Below are positions 11,041-24,479 of a stretch of 64,000 bases of DNA, piece after piece. The position numbers and the translations under genes were made by a program. Numbering within the stretch: position 1 is the stretch's first letter; every line of letters starts with the position of its first letter. This stretch comes from Mytilus edulis (Eukaryota). Where the stretch lies: positions 88,660,001 to 88,724,000 of the forward strand of contig NC_092346.1 in assembly GCF_963676685.1 (NCBI RefSeq), in the 5' to 3' direction. The notes beneath the pieces are model-generated. The model searched no databases. It was not told the DNA's origin and was given only the letters and a program-made list of their open reading frames with translations.

Positions 11041-12664
11041 TTCCGTTTTCAAATTGGTCTACATTAAGATCCAAAGGGTCAAAAATTGAACTTTGTTTCA
11101 TTTCAACAAAAATTGAATTCTTAGGATTCAAACGCATTGATCTCAGCAATTTCTTCATTGTCGTTCCCTCAATAACTGCATTAAACAGTTTCTAATCATT
11201 ATTCATTCAAAACCATTTTAGTATACCAATGTCTCACACACAACATATTATAGTATACTGTTGTCTATCAGTCCATCATCCACACTTCAGACAATAACTA
11301 GAAAACACTTCCCCCTACTTTCAAGAAACTTTGTTGAAATGTTTATATCTATTGACATTAGCTCCACATCGATTTTATAAATTTTAGAATTTTCATTTCC
11401 ATGTATGAAGAGAGATTTTATCCTTAAAAAAGAGAGAATTTTCCAATTTTGAACAATAACACAAAAATGCATCCATCACCTTTAATTAAACTTTGGTGAA
11501 TTGTTTACACTATTGACCTAAGGTCCCTTTTGATTGTAATAAATTTCAGATTATACATTTCTGTGTTATGAATTTTTATATATGCTAAAAAAAAGAAGGG
11601 ATTTTATAGTTTTTGGACACCTATAATTGCAGGAGTTTCTGGCTACATTGAAAACCCATTGGAGGCCTTCAGCTGTTGTCTACTCTATGGTTGGGTTGTT
11701 GTCACTTTGACACTTTCCTCATTTCCCATCTCAATTATTCACATAAACACTTCCACATCATTTTATAAAACTTGGGTGAATTGTCTATGTCTGTTTGTTG
11801 ACTTCAGCTGCATTCCAAAATTTAAAACAAGATTAACAACTACAGGTCCCCAAATAGCCTTCAACAATGACAAAAGCTCATACAGCACAGTCAGCTATAA
11901 AAGACCTTAAAATGACAAATATAAAACAAATGAAATGAGAAAACAAATAGACTAATAATTGTACAAAACAAAATAGTTCAACCTTTAAGCAAGCTTAAAA
12001 GGAATCAAGACATATCATGCGCTTACAGTGCAGCTATTTATTAACAAACTCCATATTCAAACACTCAAACAACTAATTCATAGAAAGGGGTGGAAGTTGA
12101 AGCCCCCTTTTTTATCAGTCAATGCATTTGAATGAAGACATGTACACATCAACTCAATTTGTTAATACACATTTCCAGTCTAGCTTTCAATACATATGTA
12201 ACGACCTTTAACCCCACTGACAATTTGCGTCTGTGTCCATACTTGTAAACATTTCTAAATATATACATAAACATGATTACCTTGAGAAAAATTCAGATAC
12301 AAAGTCATACGCAGCTTATGATCAATATTATAATTATTCTGAAAATGTTAGTTGTCATAAAAGTAATAATTAAGAAAAATACCGATAAAACAAAGCAAAC
12401 AGTTTTAAACGTAAGTACATTATCATAACAATGATCAGTTTGTCAAAGCTTAGTGCGATAGTTATTTCTTGTTCATATAGTCAGTCAGGCATCGATTTAT
12501 GAGCTAGGGTAGGAATGCCCCGTACCGTCCGGCGTCAAACGGTCATTTTTGGCTAGCGTAAGCGTTGAAATTTCCTCATTGTGATTAGCAAGAGGTTTAA
12601 AATAATTATCGTTATCGTTATTTTTGAAACCTAAATTAATGGATTCGTCAAAATCAGTCCTATG

Positions 12665-13019
12665 TTAAAGAGGGGCGTAAAAGGCGGGGGGGGGGGGGGG
12701 GGGGGGGGGGGGGGTATCTGCACGGAAGAACGCGAAATAAAATTGCCATTTCACGATGAACGAACAATCAAAAATGTCTTGCACGTTGATCTTTTTACCG
12801 ATTTCACGAAATACGGTAAATAACGAACCTTTTTCACGGCTGCACGTGAAATAAAAATGGCAAAACACGTTGCACGAAAATAAACCTTTACCACCTTCAT
12901 TAAACTGTAAATGCAATTAGGAGCAAATATAAAATCGGCGCAAATGAAAAATGAAATCGGCGCATGAAAGAATGAAAATTTGAAAACATCGGCGCAAATG
13001 TCATACGCCCACTTATTAA
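12665..13019. mobile_element. Probable MITE with imperfect TIRs and TTAA at both ends
   Basis: ttaaagaggggcgta ... tacgcccacttattaa, with an internal poly-G run. Confidence 0.4.
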
Positions 13020-14259
13020 ACAATACATAAATATAAGTAATGGCGTGCTCTGTAAGAACAATATGGATGTGATAAAGGTGGAAAATACATTAGAGAAGAA
13101 GAAAAAAAAGATGCAAAAATAAACATGAACTTTTGTAATGTAGGATTCATGTAGACAGTGTGAAATGCTTGGGTTCCTATTGAATGATGAAGCAGTAACA
13201 TTCAACGATTAAAACGTTTGCTTTTGATAATAATTGTCTCTTTGGCACATTCTCAATTTTAGTCTTCACCAAACTAAATAAATGAATATTTTTCTCATCT
13301 GAGAATACCATTGATCCAAAAAGCCAAATTTTTGAGTCAGCTTGGACTGGAAGAACTTAAACAGAAGCTTATAATTCTTGTCTTAAATCAGTGTGTATAT
13401 GGAAAAGATAACAGGAAGTGAGAATTTGTTTCTACATCACCACAACGACAGGAGTCTACTAAATTGAGAAGGAATAGATGAGAATTCAATGAACTTGAAT
13501 CCATTCTTAAGCGAGAATTTGACCAAGACGATATCCTACATATATATAAGAATACGTTGGGACCTTACTATATTGGGTACGATTATTTTTTTTTTATAAT
13601 GGACGAGGTTCACATTTTCATATGTTTAAGCTAAGACTTTTCCATAGATTGTTGTTGCTGACCGGTTTGTTGCTGAGATAAAATAAATTTGAATATTATC
13701 TTTCTTAGGCATTAGGTATGAAAACACAAACTAATATCTAATTATTCTATATTAGTGTTTACTATAGTAGATCATAGTAAACTAATATTAGTTAGTTCAT
13801 ATGTGCATATTTGGTTTACTTTGAATATTATCGAAATAGAAAAAGAACTAAATGACAGAAATCGCTTAAATTTTACAATTGTTTAGCTTATTTGAAAAGA
13901 ATAGTAAAACAATGTAGGTCACCGCTTCAGCTAAAAAGGGAGATAATTTAGAGCTTTTTCAGTGATAATATAAACATTTTAAAAGTCATGTGGGGACAAA
14001 ACGAATGGATTTTTTTTGGGTTGATTATTGTACCATATCATAAAGTAACAACTAATAGTGTTATAAATATAATTTGTAATTATTATAATTAAAATTTTGC
14101 TAAAATGTGTATACTCTCGAGCCTCCTTGTGTTACAGTAATAAGCATTTTAATACTGCATAGAATAATTATCATGAATACCCGACCGTGCGAGGGCTGAA
14201 AAGCCAGTCAAGGTCGTTAAACACTTCCATATATATATATATCATAAATACAAGGAATA

Positions 14260-14660
14260 CAAATTGTACTTCGTACAAAATCTCTCAGATTTAAACAAAA
14301 TTTCTTAACTAAAATTAACATTATCAAGATGTTTGATTTCTTGACTGACAACATATTTGTTACGTTTGGAGGACATTTTTGAACAGACAGTCATCGGCAT
14401 TTCCATGGGAACTGTGCTACTCTTCTTGGCGGCTTTTCAATTATTCATATGAGGCTGACGTCATACAGAAGATTCTTATGAAGAGCGACAAGAAGCTAGC
14501 AGTATCCTCTAACATTTCTCTATTTAGATAATGTCCTCTCACTAAATAATTCAAAGTTTGCAGAGTATGTTGAATGCATATATCCTACAGAACTTAAATA
14601 AAGGATACAACATATAAATTAAATACTGCAACATATGTTTCTTTTATCTGGAAATTACCA
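14260..14660 (+). pseudogene. Degenerate reverse transcriptase fragment, Penelope-like
   Basis: Frameshifted translation resembles IKMFDFLxDNIFVTFGG...GI(P)MG...YSYEAD...KKLAVS...LDNVLSLNNSKF...IYPTEL, the Penelope-type RT region around the YIDD motif. Confidence 0.65.
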
Positions 14661-15214
14661 CAATTCCGGCCTTATAATCGCAAATGTGACCTTATTAATT
14701 TCATGACCGGGTTTGTACTTACTTAGTAAACACGACGGGTGCCACATGTGGAGCAGGAGCTACTTACCCTTCCGGAGAACCTAATATCAAATTCGATTTT
14801 TTTTGTGGAGTTCGTTTCATGTATTCGACATGGCGTAGTCAGTTCGTTTCGACTTTATATGAGTTTGAGTATCCCTTCGGTATTTATCACCTTTATTTTA
14901 ATAAAAAGGCAGTCATAAATGGAATCATTTTCGTACGGTTTCACTCCTGGGAAATGAGGAGTTAATGTAGAACAACAGACGGATTTGGTGTGGCGTTATA
15001 GTAGTTTCATAACAAGGATAACAGGAATTATCAACATTGGAATATTGGACAATTCAACAGACCATAGCAACCACCAACAAAAAACAAAGAAAAATACACA
15101 GCAACAACCAACACCTAGTCCAGATAACCTAATTTTGTACAGGCTCACAATGTGTTTGGGTTCAACCAGACTTATGCATCTTGATATATAAGGATGTACT
15201 TAGGTGAGGTTTAA

Positions 15215-15395
15215 ATTAACACAGTGCAGCCATTTATCGTCCCCTTCCGACGGACTAACATCGTTTCCTCAAAACCGTACTCGCAAATTGTGTGAAGGCA
15301 GAGCCGAAAATTCAGTCCCTGAAGTTTTCTCCCCGGAGCAGGGATCGAACAGGGAACCTTTTCTGTTAGTAGTCCGATGGCATCATGCAACATTG
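15215..15395 (-). mobile_element. tRNA-derived SINE (5'-truncated)
   Basis: Minus strand has a B-box-like GTTCGATCC followed by a SINE-core-like gtccgtcggaaggggacgataaa. Confidence 0.55.
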
Positions 15396-15493
15396 AGGTT
15401 GTGAGCTTGAACCCCGCTTTTTAGGAGCGATCGATCTTGACAGGCATTTCATTTCCGTGTACTCCTATATTCTTAAACACTATGATATAGCCT

Positions 15494-15671
15494 CAGGGGC
15501 GGATCCAGCCATTTTAAAAAGGAGGGGTTTCTTACCCAGGACAAAGGGGGGGGGGGTTCCAATCACATGTTCCCATTCAAATACATTGATCGTCCAAAAA
15601 AAAAGGGGGGTTCCAACCCCCGGAACCCCCCCCCCCCACCCCCCCCCCCCCCCCTTCTGGATCCGCGCCTG
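15494..15671. mobile_element. MITE with TIR caggggcggatccag / ctggatccgcgcctg; partial paralogous copy at ~24830-24955
   Basis: 15-bp inverted termini with one mismatch; poly-G and poly-C runs inside. Confidence 0.6.
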
Positions 15672-16684
15672 GGCCAATACCGCCGAAAATAGCGTTACAC
15701 GTTCACAAACGGCAAAACAAAAAACAAAATAAAAAGACAATTTAAGATGTTATACTATTAGCTATTTTATAACAATAAATCAAATTATGCTTTATGACAA
15801 TAAAACATAAAAATATGTCTCGACTTTGTGAAACACCATCCCATCTTACTGATATTTGACATTGTAGGAATAATTACACCTTATGTAAGAATCCGGGGTT
15901 TTGATTGGTTAATAGCCAGTGTATTTTTCACCAATTTAATGTTATCAAATGAATATCGTTCATTTTTACGCCGCCGGGGTATTTGCTAAAAGGATATGCC
16001 TTTTTTACCCTCTCTGCCGTGGTATTTGCCAAAAAATACTCTATCCGACTGGACGCTTGTAACGTCACGATCATCAATGCGTTTTAGTACATTAACATTC
16101 GGTGTAATTAATATGAATGAATTTCCCTCGCCTTACGGCTCGTGAAATTTAACATTCGCTCGACTGGTATTTTTCGCAAATACCCCTCCTTAACATGATA
16201 TATCTGTTCAAAAGCCAATTATAAACACCAAATAACACATGTATTCGTATATTATCAATATAATATAATATGCAGGCTGTATGAACAAGTAAGTATCAAT
16301 GATATATGGTACGTTTCCTTTTACACCTACGTAATTTAGTTGAAGATTGTTAAAGTGATATCGAGGAAAGAATATTTTGGGTTTTAACAAAATTAATGTA
16401 TAACTTATCCATTTCTTTACAAAAACAAACTTCCTTATAAAGACCTAGAAAGTTTCCTCGTCTTTGTACTTTAATATTGTTGAAACAGGTTAAAGGCAGG
16501 TAAATTATTAATCAACTTCAAGACAATTTCATTAATTAAAAAATTGTTTTAGAACATAGTTATCGGTCGTTGTATAACCTGTTTCGATTTTACGGGTCAT
16601 TGGTCAGAATAGTATGCATTAACCATATTATATTGTCATGAACAGAATTACGGAAACTAGTCCAACTAGAAGCTTGGAGCAGAT

Positions 16685-19600
16685 ATGTACTTTTCTTTCC
16701 TTTGTGGATTGTATTTGTTTATTTCTTCTGTGAATGCCTCGGGTAAGTATGATTTATTTATTAGTCAATTTGGTTTTTGAAAATTATCAGCAAATTATAA
16801 GAAAACTATACAAATTATAAAACACATGCTATGTATGTCATGATTCATAGACTGAATCAAACATCAATACTTAGAATTTAAGAGAAGAAAGTCGATAAAA
16901 TCAATGTCAAATAATAGCAAATTTTAGATTCAGAAATGTCCTATGTAATCTGAACTTCATTCAACGATCTTTTTTATGTCTTGTATGGTCATATCATCAA
17001 CTTCATTCACTGATTTATATATAAACATCTTAGATTCTGAGTTTATGTTTATTTCAATCTATGAAAAGGAATTGATGACCGTTTTACATCCAAAAATTTA
17101 TTACGTGTATAGAGTGTATACAGACAATCAGAAAATTAAAAACTTACCTGGTATTTGAGGTATTATTTTCAGTTTGCAGAAAAAAGAAAATTAACGAACA
17201 CTTGAGTTTCATTTGTCACGGTAGCTTAAATCACCTATTGTTTGCCACCGTGTGTTTGCAGATGTTTATTGACAATTTAAATCAATACTTCTCACATTTT
17301 TTTTACCTCTTTCCTATTAAACCTAGTTTATTTGGGCATCTTCTGCACTAAAGAAAACAAATGAATAGCAAAATCCTGAAAAAGTCTATTGTTTTCTGAA
17401 ACATAAAAGCCAAAAGGTTATGATGAACCTTAATATATATCAATTACCACGACAAATTACATTTCTTTTTGTTTCTATCTCTAATACTATAAATAATACA
17501 ACTCTTGTCATGGTTTTTTCACCAATTAAATTAATACCAACCATACTAACTGGGAAAAAAATGAATTTGAATAGTATAAGGGAACAACCATTTACCATTT
17601 ACCTTCAAGAAATTGGGGGAATTATTTTTTCTTAAAAAAATATTTTTATTCCCAATTTGATGAAAAATAATCCGGTTCAAGCAGATGGGAAATATATGCA
17701 GATTCCCTCATACCTTATAGTGTTAAATTAAAAAAAAATTAATTTGATTGGTAGTGTAGAAAAACTAAATAAAGTTCGTGCTTTGTGCGTTTGTCCGGAA
17801 CATAAATTCTTACGCAGAAAAAAAAAACATACCCACCCACCCCTTTTGAAGTTGCTTCCTAAGTATTGCATTCTGATTTATGTTGATAAAAACGTAATGA
17901 TTATATTGTAGAACTGTTGTTTCAAACACTGTAGATGTTACTAGAATTCAGCTGCCTCTATTATAATTTGTCTCACTTTATTTCTGTCTTCCTCTTTTAC
18001 AATAAAACATCAACCAGGCTGATGACTATTTGCTGTTGTATGAATGGCTTATTTACAAAAAAATGACCATTAAAGTCAATAAAGAAATTCACTGCTATAT
18101 TTTACAAATTGTTTGGTAGTGAAGATAAATATTTAAATGAGAGTATAGAGAACATATTCATATACATCTAAATTAGACCTTTAAATATTTTGTCCAAAAA
18201 ATGGTAGTCAGCTTTTAAGGAAAACGCATAAAAAACCGTGAACTAATAAGAAAGGCTGCGTTAAAAATAAGTACAATTTATGACTAATAGCCTTATCCTT
18301 TTAAATGAATATATCTTGACAATTAAATATCAATTACTACTCATTTTCATTTAATATGCATTAACATTAACGTAAAACATAAAACCATTTATGTATATTT
18401 TTTTTAAGTCCGATACCAAGATACGGGAAAAGCTTCACATTGCCTCATAGCCATAAATAATGATGTTCGGTGTTTATGGAAGCATTTGAAAAACAATGAA
18501 ACATTTACACAAAGATGTCATTACAAAAATAAGTGACATCCCTTTCAAATAAAAATTGCTCTTAGCGGTAAGTCAGTCATTTGAGTGATCGATTCTTTTT
18601 CTCTTGATTTTCAATTCGTTGGTATAAAATAGAAAAGAAAATAAGAATGATTGGCAACCAATGAGACAACTCTCCACAAGAGACCAAAATGACACAGAAA
18701 TTATCAAATACAGGTCACCGTACGGCCTTCAACAATGAGCAAAGCCCATACCGCATAGTCTGCTATAAAGGCCCCGATATGACAATGTAAAACAATTCAA
18801 ACGAGAAAACTAACGGCCTAATTTATGTACAAAAAAATGAACGAAAAACAAATATGTAACACATAAGCATACGACAACCACTGAATTAGTTGGTTTATGT
18901 TGTTTGTAGATATCGTCTGAGAAAACTGAGTTTTGAATTTGTGTTCAGTAAGTAGAAACTGGACTATATAATTAAAAATGGAAAGTGCTTTACCATGGAG
19001 AAAATTGCGAATTAAAAAAAAATTATGCAATCTATATGTGTGATAACAATAAAAAGATAAAAATACTAATTAAAATTGTAACAGAGAAAAATGAAAACTG
19101 AACTTTAGAAATACATTTTTATCGAACATTGTTTACAGAATTTGGTGGTCAAAGTGCATAGAAATTACACATGGTAGAGGAAAGAGGAAAATTACATCAC
19201 AAAAACAACATGTACAGTCGCATCTATATTTTCTATCAGAGTAGCGACTTTTTCTAAAACAAAAATTGACGAAAAAACTATAGCCTTTTTTTGCACTGAT
19301 GCGGCGTAACGCAAAAATCAAGCAATAAATAAAAAAATAAAAACGAAACGAGTCCATGAGACTGTATTTCAGTGGTTGTCCATCTTCGCTAGCCAAGGGT
19401 TATGATCCACTCCCACTCTCTTCACTCATCTTCGCTAGCCAAGGGTTATGATCCACTCCCGCTCTGTGAAGAGAGCGGGAGTGGATCGTATCCCTTGGCT
19501 AGCGAAGATGGTGGTTGTCTGTCTTTCAGTCTTTTTTGTTTGTTTTTTGGAACAATTGGATTGTTGGTTTACTGTATTGAAACGTTGAAAAACATATGTT

Positions 19601-22600
19601 TTTGTACATTATGAGTTTAGTGGCTTTGTGGTAAATTCCGTTCTACTGTACAGCGGTAAAGCAAACACGAAAAACACTCACCAAATCTAATTACTCTTTA
19701 TAGTATTACATGGTGTAAAGATCTTACTATAAAAATTCCAACAAATTTCACAAGCTTTTCGATAATCAAAGTGCGTGTTAGACAAAAACAGGAAAATCAG
19801 TTATGCTCTTTTTACAACTGGTGTTCATGATTGGTCATATTCTCATCCGAAGCTAATAACGTATTAAATATATTTTTTCAAGAGTCTAGTAACGGTCTGC
19901 CAGGAACAACGTATACAAAATGGACTTGGACAGAATGGTTTGATACAGATTCAGGAGATCGAGAAACAGAAACAGAAACCTATGATTCTATTGTAGCGGT
20001 AAGTAATGATCTCCTTCACGAGAACCAAGACAAACTTATGAGTCTATTGTAGCGGAGAGTAATGATCTCCTGTGAGAACTAAGACAAACCTATGAGTCTA
20101 TTGTAGCGGAGTGTAATGATCTCCTGTGAGAACACGAGAGAGGTTGGAACATTTGCAGTGGCGGGAAAACTTATTGGTTTGGGGCATTGAAGCGTAAGTT
20201 ATAACCTCCCGTGAAAACTAAGCGACCTATGAGTTTATTGTAGCTGTACATTATGATCTCCGGTGAGAACTAAAACCAGCATATGATAATATTGTAGCGG
20301 TACGTTATAATCTCCTGTGAGAACTAATACAAACATATGATGATATTATAGTGCTAAGTAATTGCCTCCCGTAGGTGTATTCAATGACAAATATGAGGCT
20401 ATTGTCGCAGTAATGAGAACTACGACAAAACCTGATTCATGTGAGAACTAAGACAAACATATAAAGATATAAAAGCGGTCAAAGTAATTTCCTATTGTTA
20501 GAACTAACTTAAGACAAACATACGAAGCTATTATAACGGTTAAAGTAATTTCCTTATTGTGAGGACTAACTGGAGATAAACATATCAGGCTTTTGTAGTT
20601 GAAAGAATTCAACTCCTTTGAGAAGACAAATATATGAAGCTATGTAGTGATATGTTTTTACCCCATGGTAAACTAAGATAAACCTGTGATGATAAATATG
20701 TGGTAAATAATAACCTCCTGTGAGAACTAAGACAATTGTTTTTAACATTTCGGATCTCGTAGGCTACTATGTACAAAATTACAATCTAAATTTCTAGTGG
20801 CATTTTTTTGGTGCTTAATTTGATATTGTCCTATATATGCGGACAGTACTTATGCATTCTAAATGAATTTTCAAAGATACTTGCCACTGGACGTTAACGA
20901 ACAGAAATTAATCAATCATATACACAAGTGACTACATATTTTAAAAATAGTAAAATAATTCTATAAAAAAAGCATCACAGGTGCGCTTTTGACAAACTTA
21001 CATTTTCTTTTCAGAGAGGTTTGAATATTTGCCGTGCTGGAAAACTTATAGGATGTGAATGTAAACGAGATGACACAAAAGAAATTCTATCTAATGGCAA
21101 TTTCTTTAATACCTCTCATATACTCGGTACTGATTTAGAGTGTAAGCTACATGGAATCGAATGTCATAATATTCTATGCATGAACCTTGAAGTCCGCTTT
21201 TTATGTGAAGGTAATAAAAATGAACTGAAGAAAGTAAATATCAATGAGTTCGTGAAAATAGTGTAGGTACACAAAAACGCTATTTAGAATTTCAACAAAC
21301 ATTTCAATTTCTTCCCAGATTTTTGAAATGTATATATATTTTTTTTCATTATGATTTTTGTAGGAGTGCAGTACTGTAGGTAATTTTACACTATGCATAT
21401 TTGCCGTACAAAACTCAATTAAAAAATCAGCATTATAGGTGATGTTAGATTTTGCATAACTTGCATATCATTATAAACATATGTATAAATATTATTATTT
21501 CAATCATGCTACGTGACATTTGTTACATAAATATATATTCACATTTAAATTCGCACTTCAGACTGCATATGATTTGTGTCGTAATATTTTCTTGTTACAT
21601 AGAAGATTTAAATCGTTTTAAAAATTAGAAAAATACATTTGAAATGTGAAAATTAACAACAGATCTATTGGGTTTCCGTTCTAAAACACATGTTCTTTCA
21701 ATCGTGCATAACATTTGTAAGTTTTCCCACCGTTTCTTTGTTACCTTATAACCTTATAAAAATCCGGAGTACTAACAGAAAATAACGAGCGGGGAAAGGG
21801 GTCTATCCATTTTTCTCCCATTACAAAATCTAGAGAACCAAAAATTATCACAGTGATCTTTCAGTTAAATAATTGAAAAATTTAGTCCCGCATTTGCTTT
21901 AGATGTAATCTCTGTGTCCTGTCTTTTTTCCCCACTCTATTCGGTCCTGCATTTTTTTATTAGTTTATCCTGAAAGTTTGTACATAAATTGTCCTCCTGC
22001 ATTTTTTTACCTCAAAATTCCTGTCCTACCTTTTCCCCCTCCAAATTTCATCCTAGCCCCCTAAAAATCAAATGGTAGTTCCCTTATACTGATTTGTAAT
22101 TCTTTCAATAAAAAGGCTAGTCAGAGATTTCGACTAAAAATAATGCAGGACAAAATTTTTCATCCTAGCCCCCATAAAAATCAAAAGGTAACCCCCTTAG
22201 TTAAACTGCATTTTTCATTTTTTCAAAATATATTTTTTGTTTATTTCAGACGTTATACTTGAAAGTGGATCAGCAGTATTTTATTTTCTCATGTTAATTA
22301 TACCAGTAGTAGTCATACTGTTCAGATTATACTGTTGGAGTATTGTGAAGAAACAAATTAAAAACAGACATCCTGGGAATAGGAACACAAACGGAAGTTC
22401 TCCACAAGATGCTATAGATATGTCGGTCTTTGATCCTCCATCATACGACGACTTATTTGGTTCCCAAACACACACGAGATTCGGTGATATCAAATGCAAT
22501 AATTGTAATCACTTAAAAACCACTTGTCATTCTTTGACTGAACAATCAAATGAAAATGCTCAAAACTCAAACTCAAGAAGTGACGAGTTCTCTAGTGTAG

Positions 22601-22872
22601 ACTGCTCATGTGAATGCCATAAAACAAATGATTTCATAGCTTCCTGTTTAAGGGGGGCTTCACGGTGTGATTCTAATGATAATTATTCAAGGATAAATGC
22701 AGCTTATATTCACAACAACGAAGCAAATAATAATACTGGAAGCGGGACAAGGACAAATAGTATTTCTATAAACATAATCAGTGGAGCATGCATTGAAACT
22801 TTGCCTCCTACTTACTCAGAGGCCTTAGTTATTTTGAAAAGGACAGAAGGTTTGGATGCAACACATTTGTGA
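16685..22872 (+). CDS. Type I membrane protein, paralog A (330 aa): signal peptide, WxxW/CysD domain, TM, PPxY/PDZ tail; exons 16685-16742, 19883-19998, 21015-21210, 22250-22872
   Basis: GT-AG splicing (phases 1, 0, 1) gives an open 993-nt CDS: MYFSFLCGLYLFISSVNAS; WTWTEWFDTD...ETY...IC...CECK...C...GIEC...C-x-NLEVRFLC; TM AVFYFLMLIIPVVVILF; PPSY, LPPTY; ends ATHL. The same exon structure is conserved in paralog B. Confidence 0.85.
19381..19510. mobile_element. 130-bp fold-back MITE with 9-bp TSD (Mutator-like)
   Basis: TSD gtggttgtc at 19372-19380 and 19511-19519; ~39-bp inverted arms catcttcgctagccaaggg...; left arm tandemly duplicated. Confidence 0.8.
19975..20735 (+). repeat. ~55-bp degenerate minisatellite built from the exon-2 end and splice donor of paralog A
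   Basis: Unit acaaacctatgagtctattgtagcgg-taagtaatgatctcctgtgagaactaag; the first copy overlaps exon 2 and its GTAAGT donor. Confidence 0.75.
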
Positions 22873-23877
22873 GACAACACATAATGTGAAAACTAACCAT
22901 ATGCAAAACATACCAGAAACTAGATCAGTTTTGAAATAATATTCGATTGGAAGACTGAAACTTTCAAATGCAAAAACTGTTCAGTCACATATATCTTGAG
23001 TAATCGTTCGAATATGGTTTTTCGGAACATTACACTTTTGGCTTACATCATGTACTTTGTAGTCAATTTCATTATCTAGTTTGACACCAACGTCTGAAAT
23101 AGATGATATATAAATATTTAATATTTGGAAATTATTCTTCTTATTTATTAAGAAACTGTTTTGTGTATTGTTTTATTTGTCTTATTAAGGTATTTTTTCC
23201 GAATGTGTCATGATATAGTCCGTTTGTTTTTGACTTGTGAGTTTCCCTTTGGTATCTATCACCTTTCTTTTAAGAAAAAAGCAGCGATAAATGCAATCAA
23301 TTTCGTTTCACTTCTGAGAGATGAAAAGACAGGTAAAACACTAGACGGATTTGGTGTAGCGTTATAGTAGGATAACAGGAATTGTCAACATTTGAATATT
23401 GAATAGTTCAACAGACCATATCATCCACCAAATACCCAATGCATTCTAGAAAATAGACTTAAAAACAAAAATAGTCAGTAACAAACAACAACTAGTCTAG
23501 ATAACTTGACTTCGTACAGGATCAAAATGTGTTGGGGTTAACCAGGTTTACGTGCGCACAGACCACCCGAAGACATGATTACCAAAGAGAGAACTCCATA
23601 ATATACCAAATGTCACAAAACTAAATTACTATAGATCCCCGTAAGGGATTCAACAATGAGCAAAACCCATACCGTATAGTCGGCTATAAAAGGTCCCGAA
23701 ATGACAAATGTAAACAATTCAAACGAAAAAAACTAACGGGACTAAATTATGTACAAAATGTTGAACGAAAACATATATGTAACACAGCATCAAACGACAA
23801 CCAATGAATTACAGCCTCCTATGTCTATCAAGATGCAACTTATGCATACATTTGAATTATCATTTTTTTTATATTAA

Positions 23878-24275
23878 GGATGTACTTAGGTGAGGTTTTA
23901 TGTCATATGTTTGGACTCCTTGGTGTTTTTAAATACGTTACAATGTAAGATATTTTGCCCAATAACACCTATTTATCTATTTATACAAGACTTAATAGCT
24001 CGTAATAGGTCATTTGACAAAATTAAATCAGATTCTTGATTTTCATTCTTTTGATTAGAAACCCCAAAAATACCAATGCAAATATAAGGTAAAAGTCCAA
24101 GTCAGCCTTTCCCGCCATATTTTATAAATCAAATATCTCGAAAAGGAGCTTCATGACCTATCAATAATTTTAGCTTATTTTTGATTGTCAACTAATGTAA
24201 TACTCTTCAAGCCTATAGTATTAATTTTAAATACTTGATTTATTTAATTTCACCTAAGATCACCTAAGTACATCA
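23878..24275. mobile_element. Non-autonomous DNA transposon with TTAA TSD (Kolobok-like)
   Basis: ttaa|ggatgtacttaggtga ... tcacctaagtacatca|ttaa; only the left end survives at the paralogous site ~15190-15212. Confidence 0.7.
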
Positions 24276-24435
24276 TTAAGTCCAAATACATTGAAACCAT
24301 AACGGTTCTTTAATATTCAATAATACTAGTAAAATGTTAACATTTGCTTTAAAATCACTCGATGAACTAGAATGACAAAGGTACATGTATATAAACTCAT
24401 CATAGATACCAGGACTAAATTTTGTATAGATCTAT

Positions 24436-24479
24436 ACGCCAGACGCGCGTTTCGTCTACAAAAGACTCATCAGTGACGC
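24436..24479 (-). ncRNA. Minimal type I hammerhead ribozyme within a dispersed repeat (~24390-24570)
   Basis: Minus strand GCGUCA-CUGAUGA-GUC-UUUUGUA-GAC-GAAA-CGCGC-GUC-UGGCGU: intact core, stem I (GCGUCA/UGGCGU), stem II (GUC/GAC), palindromic minimal stem III. Confidence 0.85.
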
